A program made the translations under genes and the position numbers. A stretch of DNA of 64,000 nt from Gammaproteobacteria bacterium (GTDB lineage: Bacteria > Pseudomonadota > Gammaproteobacteria > Ga0077536): the NCBI GenBank assembly GCA_050247235.1, contig JBFWUN010000012.1:16514-80513 (forward strand), in the 5' to 3' direction. Every line of letters starts with the position of its first letter. Within the stretch, counting starts at the first letter, position 1. Below the pieces are notes generated by a model that searched no databases, was not told where the DNA came from, and worked only from the letters and a program-made list of their open reading frames with translations. Below are positions 8,861 to 19,000 of this stretch, piece after piece.

Positions 8861-11284
8861 ATGCAAGAATCAGGCATCGACGCCCTCGAAGGGCACCCGG
8901 CGCAACCCGCGGCGGACGCCGCCGTGAGACCGGACGCGCCGCGCACGGGCGTACTGTCCGCCGACACGATCGCAATCGTCCCGGTGCGCAATGTCGTGCT
9001 GTTCCCCGACATGCTCGTGCCGTTGTCCATGGGGCGTGAGAAATCGATCGCTGCCGTGCAGAGCGCGTTGTCCGCGCAGCGGCCCGTGGGACTGCTGCTT
9101 CAGCGCGACCCCGCCGCTGATACGCCCGGCGCGGCGGACCTCCACGGCGTGGGCACGATTGCGCTGCTCAGTCGTCATCGCGTGGGCGCGGATGGCACGC
9201 ACCACGTGGTCTGCCAGGGTCGCCAGCGGTTCCGCGTGCTCGAGTTCGTTGCCGATCATCCTTATCCGATCGCGCGCATCGAACTGCTGGACGACGGCGA
9301 TCCGGCGACGCCGGAGATCGAGGCGCGCGTGCTCGCATTGAAGCAGCAGGCGCTCGAAGTCCTGCAGCTGCTGCCGCAGGTGCCGGCCGAGGTTGCCAGC
9401 GCGATCGAAGCGCAGCGCAGCGGTTCGCGGCTGGCGGATCTCGTCTCGGGTCTGCTGGACGTGGCACCGGCCGAACGCCAGGAGCTGCTGGAGACGGTCG
9501 ACGTGAAGGCCCGGCTCGACGCGCTGCTGCGGATCGTGGCACATCGCCTGCAGGTGCTGCGCATCTCCGAGCAGATCGGTCAGCAGACACGCGTGGCGCT
9601 CGACGAGCGCCAGCGGGAAGCCGTGCTGCGCGAGCAGCTCAAAACCATCCAGAAAGAACTCGGCGACAGCGACGACCGCGGTGAGGAGCTGTCCACGCTC
9701 GAGCGCGCGCTCGACGACGCCGGCATGCCCGAGGACACCCTGCGCCAGGCGCGCAAGGAGTTGAAGCGTCTGCAGCGTATGGGGGAGAGTTCGGGCGAGG
9801 CCTCGCTGCTGCGGACTTATCTCGAATGGCTTTCCGAGCTGCCGTGGGCGCGCGACACCGAGGATCGTATCGACCTCGGAGACGCACGCCGCGTGCTCGA
9901 CGAGGACCACTACGGGCTGGCGAAGATCAAGCGCCGGATCCTCGAATACCTCGCGGTCCGCAAGCTCAACCCGGAGGGGAAGAGTCCGATCCTTTGCTTC
10001 GTGGGTCCCCCGGGGGTCGGCAAGACCTCGCTCGGAAGCAGCATCGCGCGCGCAACCGGCCGCAAGTTCGCGCGCATCAGCCTGGGCGGTGTGCACGACG
10101 AGGCCGAGATCCGCGGGCACCGGCGCACGTATATCGGCGCGCTGCCGGGGAATGTCGTGCAGGCACTGCGCAAGGCTGGAAGCCGCAATCCAGTGATCGT
10201 ATTCGACGAGATCGACAAGCTCGGCATGGGCGCGATGCACGGTGACCCGTCTGCAGCACTGCTGGAGGTGCTCGACCCGGAACAGAACGCGAGCTTCCGC
10301 GACAACTACCTCGGCGTGTCCTTCGACCTGTCCAAGGTCCTGTTCATCTGTACCGCGAACGTGCTGGAGAACATCCCGGCGCCGCTGCGCGACCGGATGG
10401 AGATCGTCCCGCTGCCCGGCTACACGCAGGAGGAGAAGCATGAAATCGCGCGGCGTTACCTCGTGCCGCGGCAGCAGCGCGCCAACGGGCTTGGCGCGGT
10501 GTCCGTCGGCATCGATGATGCCGCGCTTGAAGCATTGATCACGGGTTACACGCGCGAAGCCGGTGTGCGCAACCTCGAGCGGGAGTTGGGTGCAGTGTTC
10601 CGCAGCGTGGCCATGCGCGTCGCGGAAGGCGCATCCGGACCCATCGGGGTGGGGGTCGGCGACCTCCTGCCGATCCTCGGACCACGCCGCTTCGAGAACG
10701 AGGTGGCACTGCGCGCCGGTGTGCCGGGCGTCGCCACGGGACTCGCCTGGACCGCGGTCGGCGGGGACATCCTGTTCATCGAGGCCACCAAGGTGCCCGG
10801 CAGCGGCCGGCTGATCCTGACCGGACAGCTTGGCGACGTCATGAAGGAGAGCGCACAGGCGGCATTGTCGTGCGTGAAGGCAAAGGCAGACGTACTCGGC
10901 ATCGCGGCGGAGCAGCTCGAGAAGAGCGACATCCACGTCCATGTCCCCGCGGGCGCGACCCCCAAGGACGGACCGAGCGCGGGTGTTGCGATCCATCTCG
11001 CGCTGGTGTCGCTGCTGACGGGACGCTGCGTGCGGCCCGATGTCGCGATGACCGGCGAGATCAGCCTGCGCGGGCTGGTGCTGCCGGTGGGCGGCATCAA
11101 GGAGAAGGTGCTGGCGGCACTGCGCGCCGGGATCCGCACCGTGCTCCTGCCTCGCCGCAACGCGCACGATATCGACGAAATCCCGGCGAGCGCGCGCGAG
11201 CAGCTCGAGTTCGTGTGGCTCGACCGGGTAGAGGATGCCGAGGCCGTTGCGTTTACGACGGTCGCCGACCCTGTTGCGGTGTAG
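8861..11284 (+). CDS. lon: ATP-dependent protease La (Lon)
   Basis: LON N domain, Walker A GPPGVGKTS, Walker B FDEIDK, catalytic Ser in PKDGPSAG and Lys in GGIKEK. Confidence 0.97.
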   Translation: MQESGIDALEGHPAQPAADAAVRPDAPRTGVLSADTIAIVPVRNVVLFPDMLVPLSMGREKSIAAVQSALSAQRPVGLLLQRDPAADTPGAADLHGVGTIALLSRHRVGADGTHHVVCQGRQRFRVLEFVADHPYPIARIELLDDGDPATPEIEARVLALKQQALEVLQLLPQVPAEVASAIEAQRSGSRLADLVSGLLDVAPAERQELLETVDVKARLDALLRIVAHRLQVLRISEQIGQQTRVALDERQREAVLREQLKTIQKELGDSDDRGEELSTLERALDDAGMPEDTLRQARKELKRLQRMGESSGEASLLRTYLEWLSELPWARDTEDRIDLGDARRVLDEDHYGLAKIKRRILEYLAVRKLNPEGKSPILCFVGPPGVGKTSLGSSIARATGRKFARISLGGVHDEAEIRGHRRTYIGALPGNVVQALRKAGSRNPVIVFDEIDKLGMGAMHGDPSAALLEVLDPEQNASFRDNYLGVSFDLSKVLFICTANVLENIPAPLRDRMEIVPLPGYTQEEKHEIARRYLVPRQQRANGLGAVSVGIDDAALEALITGYTREAGVRNLERELGAVFRSVAMRVAEGASGPIGVGVGDLLPILGPRRFENEVALRAGVPGVATGLAWTAVGGDILFIEATKVPGSGRLILTGQLGDVMKESAQAALSCVKAKADVLGIAAEQLEKSDIHVHVPAGATPKDGPSAGVAIHLALVSLLTGRCVRPDVAMTGEISLRGLVLPVGGIKEKVLAALRAGIRTVLLPRRNAHDIDEIPASAREQLEFVWLDRVEDAEAVAFTTVADPVAV

Positions 11285-11340
11285 GACCGCGCGCCGGTAC
11301 GTTTCGGCTACGATACCGCACCCAAATCAGGAGCCGTCTC

Positions 11341-11766
11341 ATGCCCACCAAGCTCGGACTCAACGAAGCCCGCCTCATCGTCGACACCATGCTGGAGGAA
11401 GCTGCCAAGCGCGGCATCAGGTTCGCCGGCGCAGTGGTCGACGCCGGTGGCGACACGATCTGCCTCGCCCGCATGGACGGCGCCACGGCGCTGAACGCGC
11501 GCATGGCGTACAACAAGGCGTACACGGCGACCAAGTGGCAGATGGATACGCGCGTGCTGAAGACGCGGCTGTTCGACATGTCGCTCGGGGACGAACGGCG
11601 CGAGATCACGTGGTTCTGCGACCCGCTCTACACTCCTGTGTGGGGCGGTATCGTGCTGCGTGCGCCGGACGGCACGATGCTGGGCGCGCTGGGGGAGAGC
11701 GGCGGTACCTACCAGCAGGACGAGGAGATCGGGCAGATCGCGGCGGCGCGGTTCAACGCGCTCTGA
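11341..11766 (+). CDS. GlcG/HbpS family heme-binding protein (DUF336)
   Basis: AGAVVDAGG...RMDGA...AYNKAYTA...GGIVL...GALGESGG...DEEI pattern; AGGAG RBS before ATG 11341. Confidence 0.85.
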   Translation: MPTKLGLNEARLIVDTMLEEAAKRGIRFAGAVVDAGGDTICLARMDGATALNARMAYNKAYTATKWQMDTRVLKTRLFDMSLGDERREITWFCDPLYTPVWGGIVLRAPDGTMLGALGESGGTYQQDEEIGQIAAARFNAL

Positions 11767-11850
11767 GGGTGGTCCGATGACGCGCTGTCTTTGCTGGCAG
11801 TCACGTCGATGCGACACTCGGAGCCGCACTTCGTAGTCCGCGCGAGTGCA

Positions 11851-12837
11851 TCAGGCGCGCAGCACGAGCAGCGCGGTGAGATAGACGAAGTACGTCGCGA
11901 CGAACACGCCGCCCTCCACGCGCGAGACGCAGCGATCGCTCCGGAACACCGGCAGGCAGACCGCGGCCACGAGCGCGGCGAGCGGCAGATCGATCCATGC
12001 GACTTCACGCGAGACATCGATGCCATCCGGTGCGGCCAGCAACGTGAGGCCGAGAATCGCGAGGATGTTGTACGTGCTGCTGCCGATCAGGTTGCCGATG
12101 GCGACGTCGCGCTCGTCCTTCCACGTGGCCATCAAGGTCGTGGCGAGTTCCGGCGCAGAGGTGCCGAGCGCGACGATTGTCAGCCCGATGACTGTCTCAG
12201 GCACGGCGAAATCCCGCGCAATGCTCCCCGCGCCCGCGACGAGCAGGTCCGCACCCAGCACCGTGAGCGCGATGCCGCTCACCAGCAGTCCCGCATGCCA
12301 CGCGAGGCGCAGCCGGCGTTGGCGGGCGGGCACGCGCTCGGCGCCGAACTGCGCCGCGAAGTCGCGTTGGGCGGCAGCGCTCTGCCGTCGGCTCTCGCGG
12401 ATCACGAGCAGCGTGTAGAACAGCCCAGCGAGCACCAGCAGGCCACCTTCCGCACGGGTGAGGCGGCCATCGAACGACATCAGGATCAGCGCGACGGCCG
12501 CGCCGGCCATCGCCGGGATGTCGAGCCTGAGGCTCTGCAACCGGATCGGCAGCGGGCGGACTGCGGCGCTCGCACCCAGGATCAGCAGGATGTTGAGGAT
12601 GTTGGTGCCCGCGATGTTGCCGATCGCGAGCGGTCCCTGGTCCGCTGCCACGGCGGTCAGGCCGACCGCGAGTTCCGGTGCGCTGGTGCCCACCGAAACG
12701 ATGGTCAGCCCGATGACGATGGGACTCACGCCGAGCCACGCGGCGATCCGCGCGGCGCTGCGCAACAGGATCTCGGCACCGACCAGGATCACGACGACAC
12801 CGGCGATGAAGATCACAACGGGGGAGAGATCGATCAT
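11851..12837 (-). CDS. yrbG: Calcium/sodium antiporter (YrbG/CaCA family)
   Basis: Two alpha repeats, GLTIVSVGTSAPEL...GNIAGTNILN and GLTIVALGTSAPEL...GNLIGSSTYN. Confidence 0.92.
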   Translation of the reverse strand: MIDLSPVVIFIAGVVVILVGAEILLRSAARIAAWLGVSPIVIGLTIVSVGTSAPELAVGLTAVAADQGPLAIGNIAGTNILNILLILGASAAVRPLPIRLQSLRLDIPAMAGAAVALILMSFDGRLTRAEGGLLVLAGLFYTLLVIRESRRQSAAAQRDFAAQFGAERVPARQRRLRLAWHAGLLVSGIALTVLGADLLVAGAGSIARDFAVPETVIGLTIVALGTSAPELATTLMATWKDERDVAIGNLIGSSTYNILAILGLTLLAAPDGIDVSREVAWIDLPLAALVAAVCLPVFRSDRCVSRVEGGVFVATYFVYLTALLVLRA

Positions 12838-12862
12838 GCGAGAGAATTCTCGCGCGGAGTGA

Positions 12863-12938
<76 letters not shown>

Positions 12939-12985
12939 AGCGGGAATCGCCTGCGCCGCGGGCCAGGGGCCGGCGGGGAGGGCGT

Positions 12986-13014
12986 ATTAAATCGGCTCCG
13001 CCTGGGGGCGTCAA
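12986..13014 (-). promoter_or_regulatory. Sigma70 promoter of tRNA-Phe
   Basis: TTGACG, 17 nt, TTTAAT, then GC-rich discriminator (ACGCCCTCCCC) typical of stable-RNA promoters. Confidence 0.75.
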
Positions 13015-13227
13015 CCCGAGCCGTCACGCATTCCGCGCGGGTCCGGCGCGCGCTATCCTGCGCCCTCCAAGTGTCCTTCCCGGGCCGTGCATGGAGGTTC
13101 GCTGCCGGGGCCAGCGAGGTGACTCCATGTCCGCGTGCCGTGGCGGTGTGCCCCTGTGTGCCATACACCATGCCGTTGAATCCGGCGCTGCCCGTGCGGC
13201 GCGCGAGCGACCGGCGGCGTGTCGCCG

Positions 13228-14040
13228 ATGAGCGCACCCCGCCCGTCCGCGGCGCTGACACCGTCCTCGCACTGGACGGTCGCGCGGATAGTCGCGCTGG
13301 CCGGAATTGCCGCGGTCGCGCTGCTCGCGTGGGGATTCCTGTGGCGCGCCGCGGTCGCGATGTCATCGACGGGGGGGGACGGCGCGGCGGCTGTCCTGAT
13401 GGACGCGCTGATGCGGCCCGGACAGCCTGCACGGTACCTGCCTGCCGCGGTGTCGATGTGGATCGTCATGGCGATCGCGATGATGGCGCCGGCCGTGCTG
13501 CCGGTGGTGACGGCGTTCTGGCGGCTCGAGCGCGGCGCCACCCGCCTCGCCACGTGGCACGGCCTGGTATTCGCCGCGGCCTACCTCGTGGTCTGGTGCG
13601 GGACCGGTCTCGTGTTCGGCGTGCTGCAGTTCGGCCTGCATCGGGCGGCGCTGCTGCAGCACCACCTGTTTGCGCTCGCGCCGCAGTTCGGCGCGGCGCT
13701 GCTGGTGGCGGCCGGGGTCTACCAGCTCACGCCATTCAAGCACACCTGCCTCGTCCACTGTCGCGAGCCGCTCACGTTCATGCGCCGGCACGCGCGTGGC
13801 GGTGCCGCAGGCGCGTTCGCGATGGGGCTCGGACACGGCGCGTTCTGCGTCGGCTGCTGCTGGGCGATGATGCTGCTGATGTTCGTCGGCGGGGTGATGA
13901 GTCTCGGCGGCATGGCGCTGATCGCGATGCTGCTGCTCATTGAGCGACTGTTGCCGCTCCGGCCGTGGGCCACCACAGTGCCCGGGATCGTGCTGATCGC
14001 CGCCGGCCTCTGGACGCTGCTGACGGCGCCGGCGGCCTGA
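13228..14040 (+). CDS. DUF2182 predicted metal-binding integral membrane protein
   Basis: MWIVMAIAMMAP, YQLTPFKHTCLVHCR, HGAFCVGCCWAMMLL motifs; multiple TM helices. Start is ATG 13228 or GTG 13219. Confidence 0.88.
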   Translation: MSAPRPSAALTPSSHWTVARIVALAGIAAVALLAWGFLWRAAVAMSSTGGDGAAAVLMDALMRPGQPARYLPAAVSMWIVMAIAMMAPAVLPVVTAFWRLERGATRLATWHGLVFAAAYLVVWCGTGLVFGVLQFGLHRAALLQHHLFALAPQFGAALLVAAGVYQLTPFKHTCLVHCREPLTFMRRHARGGAAGAFAMGLGHGAFCVGCCWAMMLLMFVGGVMSLGGMALIAMLLLIERLLPLRPWATTVPGIVLIAAGLWTLLTAPAA

Positions 14041-14047
14041 CCGTCCG

Positions 14048-14314
14048 TTACTGAGGTTTGAACTGTTCCGGGCGCGCGGAGCCGTCGCCGAAGAAATATT
14101 TCTCCATCTCGCCTTCCAGGTACTTGCGATCCTTCGGCTCGATCGGGGTCAGGCGATACTCGTTGATGAGCATGGTCTGGTGTTTCAGCCAGCCCTGCCA
14201 CGCCTCTTTCGATACGCTGTCATAGATCCGCCGGCCCAGTTCGCCGGGATACGGAGGCATCTGCAGGCCTTCGGCTTCGCGTCCGAGTTTCACGCAGTGG
14301 ACGGTACGGCTCAT
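14048..14314 (-). CDS. yggX: Fe(II)-trafficking / oxidative damage protection protein YggX
   Basis: [10 protein letters not shown]...PYPGELG...[21 protein letters not shown]; follows mutY. Confidence 0.95.
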   Translation of the reverse strand: MSRTVHCVKLGREAEGLQMPPYPGELGRRIYDSVSKEAWQGWLKHQTMLINEYRLTPIEPKDRKYLEGEMEKYFFGDGSARPEQFKPQ

Positions 14315-15375
14315 CGGGAGGCTCCTTTCGTGCTGGCGTTCAGCACCTCGAGCAGGTGGGCGACGGGGGCAGCAAGCCCCACGACGGACGGGGCGGCGGT
14401 GTTATACCAAAGCCATTGATCCGAATCCATGCAGCGCGCGTCCGCCCGGCGGACGGAGGCAGCGAGCGGCGTGATCGTGAGTCGGAAGTGGGTGAACGCG
14501 TGCACCAGCGGATCGAATGTCCGGGGCGGACCCGCAAGTTCCAGCGCATGTGCGCGGCACCAGTCCGCGAGTCCGATCGCATCCGGCAGTTCCGGAAACG
14601 CCCACAAGCCTCCCCATACGCCGCTCGGCGGCCGCCGCCACAGCAGGCACTCGGCGTGCTCGTTGTGCAGGAGCAGGAACGTCGCGGCGCGCGCGGGCAC
14701 CGTGCGCCGCGGACGCGGCGACGGCAGCTGATCGATCCGCCCTTCGCGCAGCGCCACGCACGTGGATGCTACCGGACACCGGGCACAGGCGGGGCGCGCG
14801 CGCGTGCACACGGTCGCGCCGAGATCCATGACTGCCTGCGTGTAGCGCGCCACGTCGGCTGCCGGTGTCAGCGCGTCGGCGAGCGACCACAACGTGCGCT
14901 GTACCACCGGCGCATCCGGCCAGCCCTCGATCCCGAAATGCCGGGCGAGCACGCGCTTCACGTTGCCGTCCAGGATCGGATGGCGTTCATCGCGTGCCAG
15001 CGCGAGGATCGCGCCCGCGGTCGACCGCCCGATTCCGGGCAGCGCGAGCACGTCGTCGAACGCCACCGGGAAGTCTCCGTCGTGCAGGTCGACCATCCGG
15101 CGCGCCGCCTGGTGCAGGTTGCGTGCGCGCGCGTAATACCCGAGTCCCGACCAGTGGTGGAGCACTTCGTCGAGATCGGCGGCGGCAAGCGTCGCGCAGT
15201 CCGGAAACCGCGCGACGAAGCGTTCGAAATAGGGGATTGCCGTTCCCACCTGCGTCTGCTGCAGCATGATTTCCGAGATCCACACGCGGTACGGCGTGCG
15301 GGTGTGCTGCCAGGGCAGGCCCTGGCGCCCGTACGCCGACTGCCACGCGAGCAATCGATCACTGAACCCGTTCAT
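14311..15375 (-). CDS. mutY: A/G-specific adenine glycosylase MutY
   Basis: [24 protein letters not shown], Hh[13 protein letters not shown], Fe-S motif [18 protein letters not shown]-terminal NUDIX-like domain. Confidence 0.96.
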   Translation of the reverse strand: MNGFSDRLLAWQSAYGRQGLPWQHTRTPYRVWISEIMLQQTQVGTAIPYFERFVARFPDCATLAAADLDEVLHHWSGLGYYARARNLHQAARRMVDLHDGDFPVAFDDVLALPGIGRSTAGAILALARDERHPILDGNVKRVLARHFGIEGWPDAPVVQRTLWSLADALTPAADVARYTQAVMDLGATVCTRARPACARCPVASTCVALREGRIDQLPSPRPRRTVPARAATFLLLHNEHAECLLWRRPPSGVWGGLWAFPELPDAIGLADWCRAHALELAGPPRTFDPLVHAFTHFRLTITPLAASVRRADARCMDSDQWLWYNTAAPSVVGLAAPVAHLLEVLNASTKGASR

Positions 15376-15976
15376 TCGCGAAGCGTTCGATGCGGGCCAC
15401 GGTCTCCGTCACTTCCTTGATGAACGAGCGCTTGATCACGAGTGGACCGATCAGCGGCGGGATCCAGAACTTCGGGGCCTGGTCGGCCTCCAGGGACACG
15501 CGGGTGCGCCCGGGCTCGAGCGCCGCGATACGCCACACTGCGGTGCCCCGGCGGAACGTGCTCTCGTCCGGGAGGATGGTCGTTTCAATATCGCCGTTCG
15601 GCAGGATTTCCACGCGCTCGACGAACGCGATGTCGAAGCAAAAGAACAGCAGGCAATGTTCCAGTCGCAGCCGGCGCTTCAGGGTGCGCGCGTCGTAGCG
15701 TTCGAGCAGCCGGCTTTCGACGATACCGTCATTGAGCCGTGCCATGTGATCGAAATCGGACACCACCCGGCGCACGGCGTCCGCATCCGCGTCGAGCGTG
15801 GCCGCAAAGAAATAGCGATACGCTCCGTTGGAGAACCAGATCTCCGTGCGTTCGAGGTCTGCCCCACGCGCGGCCCCGCCAGCCCCGATGAGACCGGCGA
15901 GCAGCAGCGCACCCCGCCAGTACCCCGCCCGCTGCCGGCCGGCGCGTGGGTGCCTCCGTGCATCGGTCCCCGACAT
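15359..15976 (-). CDS. SRPBCC/START-like (polyketide cyclase fold) exported protein
   Basis: Signal-like N terminus, then AVRRVVSDFDHMARLNDGIVES...CLLFFCFD...WIPPLIGP. Start uncertain. Confidence 0.6.
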   Translation of the reverse strand: MSGTDARRHPRAGRQRAGYWRGALLLAGLIGAGGAARGADLERTEIWFSNGAYRYFFAATLDADADAVRRVVSDFDHMARLNDGIVESRLLERYDARTLKRRLRLEHCLLFFCFDIAFVERVEILPNGDIETTILPDESTFRRGTAVWRIAALEPGRTRVSLEADQAPKFWIPPLIGPLVIKRSFIKEVTETVARIERFANERVQ

Positions 15977-16020
15977 CCGGGGGAGGCTCGCATCGCGAAA
16001 GGGCATCGCGGGACACCGCA

Positions 16021-19000
16021 CTAGAAGTTCAGGAGCTTCTTCAGCGCTTTGCCCGCCCCCGAATCCTCCAGCTTTTCCTTCAGCTTGTCCTTCACCGCCT
16101 TCGCTGCGGCATTCTTCGCAAGTTCACCAAAGTCCGGCAGGCAGCTGCTGCCGCCGATTTCGCCGCGGCAGCGGATCGGGATGGCGTAGCCGCCGAGGTT
16201 GTATTGCGACGCGCCCTGCTCGGCGCTCGTCTCGTCCACGATGACCCGCGCGTCGTACTTGATCGTGTGGTCGGCAAGATTGGCGAGCATGCCCTCGCCC
16301 GCGACCTTGAATCCGAGGCCGTCGAGCAGCAGGTCCCGGTTGAAGATTGCACCGTTCGTGATTTCGAGCGATCCCGTCAGCGACTGGAACTGCGTGACGC
16401 CGCCGGTCGGTACCGGCTGAAGCGTCTTGCTCTCGAGAATGAGTTCCGCGGCGCGCAGGATGGCCGGCACGTCGAATCCCCGCACCTCGCCCGCCGTGAT
16501 GGAGAACGACGCCGGCCCGTTCAACGTGCGCGTGAACTGCGTGCCGTCGTGGCCTGCGGCGGTGAGTTTCGCCTCGAAGTTGAGTGTGCCGGCCAGGTCG
16601 CGCTTGCCGGTGGCATCCGCGAGCAGCGGTTCGAGCGCGACCTTCGCGAGCGTGGTGTTCAGCCCGAGCCGAGGGACTGCGCCGGTCGCATCCAGGGTCA
16701 TCACACCGGTGTAGCGTCCGCCGTACAGGTCGGCGGTCACCGGGTCGAGTGCGAGCAGGCCACCGCGGGCCTTGAGGGCGAGCTGCACGTTCGCGATCTG
16801 CATGCCGGACAGCTGCAGCTTCCCGATGCCGAGCCGTCCGTCCACGCGAAGGTCGCGCAGCGTGTCCATCGGCAGGCCCGCGGCACCCGCGGCGGCGGCC
16901 TCGGGCGTCACCGGCCGCGCTTTCGTCTCGCCCGCCGGCGCGAAGTACCGATCGGCATTCAGGCGGTCGACATCGAGCGCCACGGTGATCACCGACGGAT
17001 CGCCCTGCGCACTCACCTGTCCCTTCCACGTGCTGTCGTCGAGCGCGAGCACGAGATCCTGCAGCGCGTATCCCGCGGACGAACCCAGCACGCGCGCGTC
17101 GAGCCCCACGCGCGTCAGCGCCGCCGCGTCGGCCATTTCGACCGGCATGTTCAGCGCCGCGAGCGCGGCGCGCAGGTTGAACGCCGGCACGCGGATCCGG
17201 CCGGACGTCGTGGGATTCGATTTCAGTTGTGTCGCGTCGAACTCCCCGCGGGCATCGAGCCCGAGCCCCTTGAGCGCGAGCTCACGCACCGCGAGCGTTT
17301 CCTTCGGCAGGCTGGCCTCGGCGCGGCCGACGGTCAAGGTTACGTCGACGGGTGCGGCTCCGCCCGGACCCGCCACCGCGAGCGTGGCCTCGAACGGACT
17401 GAGCGTGAGGGTTTCCGGGTTGCCCTTGACGCCGGCCTCGAACTTCAGGCTGCGCAGCGACCGGGCCAGTTCGGCGTGGCCGAGCGCGGTCAGGAGCGGC
17501 GCGAGATCCGGTCCCTGGAGCGCCAGACGACCGTCGATGCGCCCGCCCGAAGGGTGGTTGAACGCGGTCGCGATCAGCGTGCCATCGAGCGTGAGCCCCA
17601 TCGCGCTCGCACCGAGGGCGGGCAGTTCGAGCCGGCCGTCGCGCGCATCGAGCTCGAACTTCCCGCCGAGCGTGAACGACTTGTCGGTGGCGTTCGCGAG
17701 CGCATGCGCAAGTTCAGGCAGTGCGCTGTCGGCCCCCTGCACCCCGCCGATCAACGCGAGCAGTGCCGGCAGATCGCGCCCCTGCGCGGCAATCTCCCCC
17801 GCCAACGACGGTTGCTTGCTGGTCGCGGACAGCGCGCGGAACGAGCCGGTGAGTTCGTTGCCGAACAGCGCCGCGGTCACCGCGGGAAGCGCGAAGCGAT
17901 CGGCCTCGAAGTCAGCTTCGACGGTCGTCCTGAACGTGAAGCTCCGGTCGGCCCGCTTGCCGATGACGGTGTTGATCGCCGCGAGAGCATCGCCGTCGAG
18001 TCCCTGCAGTGCGCCCACCGCGAGCGCGAGCGTCGTGAGATCCGGTCCCGACGCGACCACCTCGCCGGTAACCGCGGGCTTGCCGGAATCGCCGCCGGCC
18101 GACTGCAGCCTGCCCGTGAGCGTGTTGCCGAGCAGGCTGGCGTCGAGTCGCGGCAGTGCGAACTGCCCGGCGCCGAGATCCGCGGTGAGTTCGGCATCGA
18201 GCGAGAACGCGCGTGCTTTCACCGGGGCGAGTGCCTTGGCGAGACTCGTCGCGCCGTCGTTGTGCGGATTGGTCAACGCGGTGCCCACGACCAGCAGCGC
18301 CGGGAAATCCGGTCCCTTCGCGGTGATGCGGCCGGCGAGCGCCGGGGCATCGGAGTTCATGCGTTCGCCGTCCACCTGCAGGTCGAGCGTGGCCCCGAGC
18401 ACCTTGGCCGTGAACACCGGTACCGCGAGGCGGCCGGTGTCGGCATCCAAGGTGAACTCCGTGCGGAAGTCGACACCGCGCTCCGCGAGTCGCGTGACCT
18501 GCGCGACTGCCGGCAGATCGAATGCCCGGAAGAGCGTCGCGAGATCCTTGCCGGCGAGCGCGAGTTGCCCGCGCGCGCCGGGGCGCGCCGTGTCCACGTG
18601 ATCGAGCAGCAATTCGCCCTGCACACGGTGATCCAGCCCGGTGACGGACAGGTTGCGGATTTCGACGGTACCAGCGGCGCGATCGGCCGTCACCGCGCCC
18701 TCGCTGACGATCTCCGCCGACCCGCGCGGCAATGTCTTGCCCTTGAGCGTGGTCACCAGGCGCATGGGATCGACGATAACCCGCTGCGCCGCGTCGTCGT
18801 ACCGCGTGGTGCTGGTCAGCGACACGGCGCCCGCCAGCGCGGGGCGCGCCGACTCGACCTTGGCCTCCACCGCGAGCGCAATGGGTGTGTCGAACGCGAG
18901 CGCGCCCGACGTCGCGGTGAGTTCGCTGATCCGTACGTCCCGTTCGGTGAGCGCATCCTGCCAGTGGAGCGACGCGCCGCGGATGTCCACGCCGCCGAGC

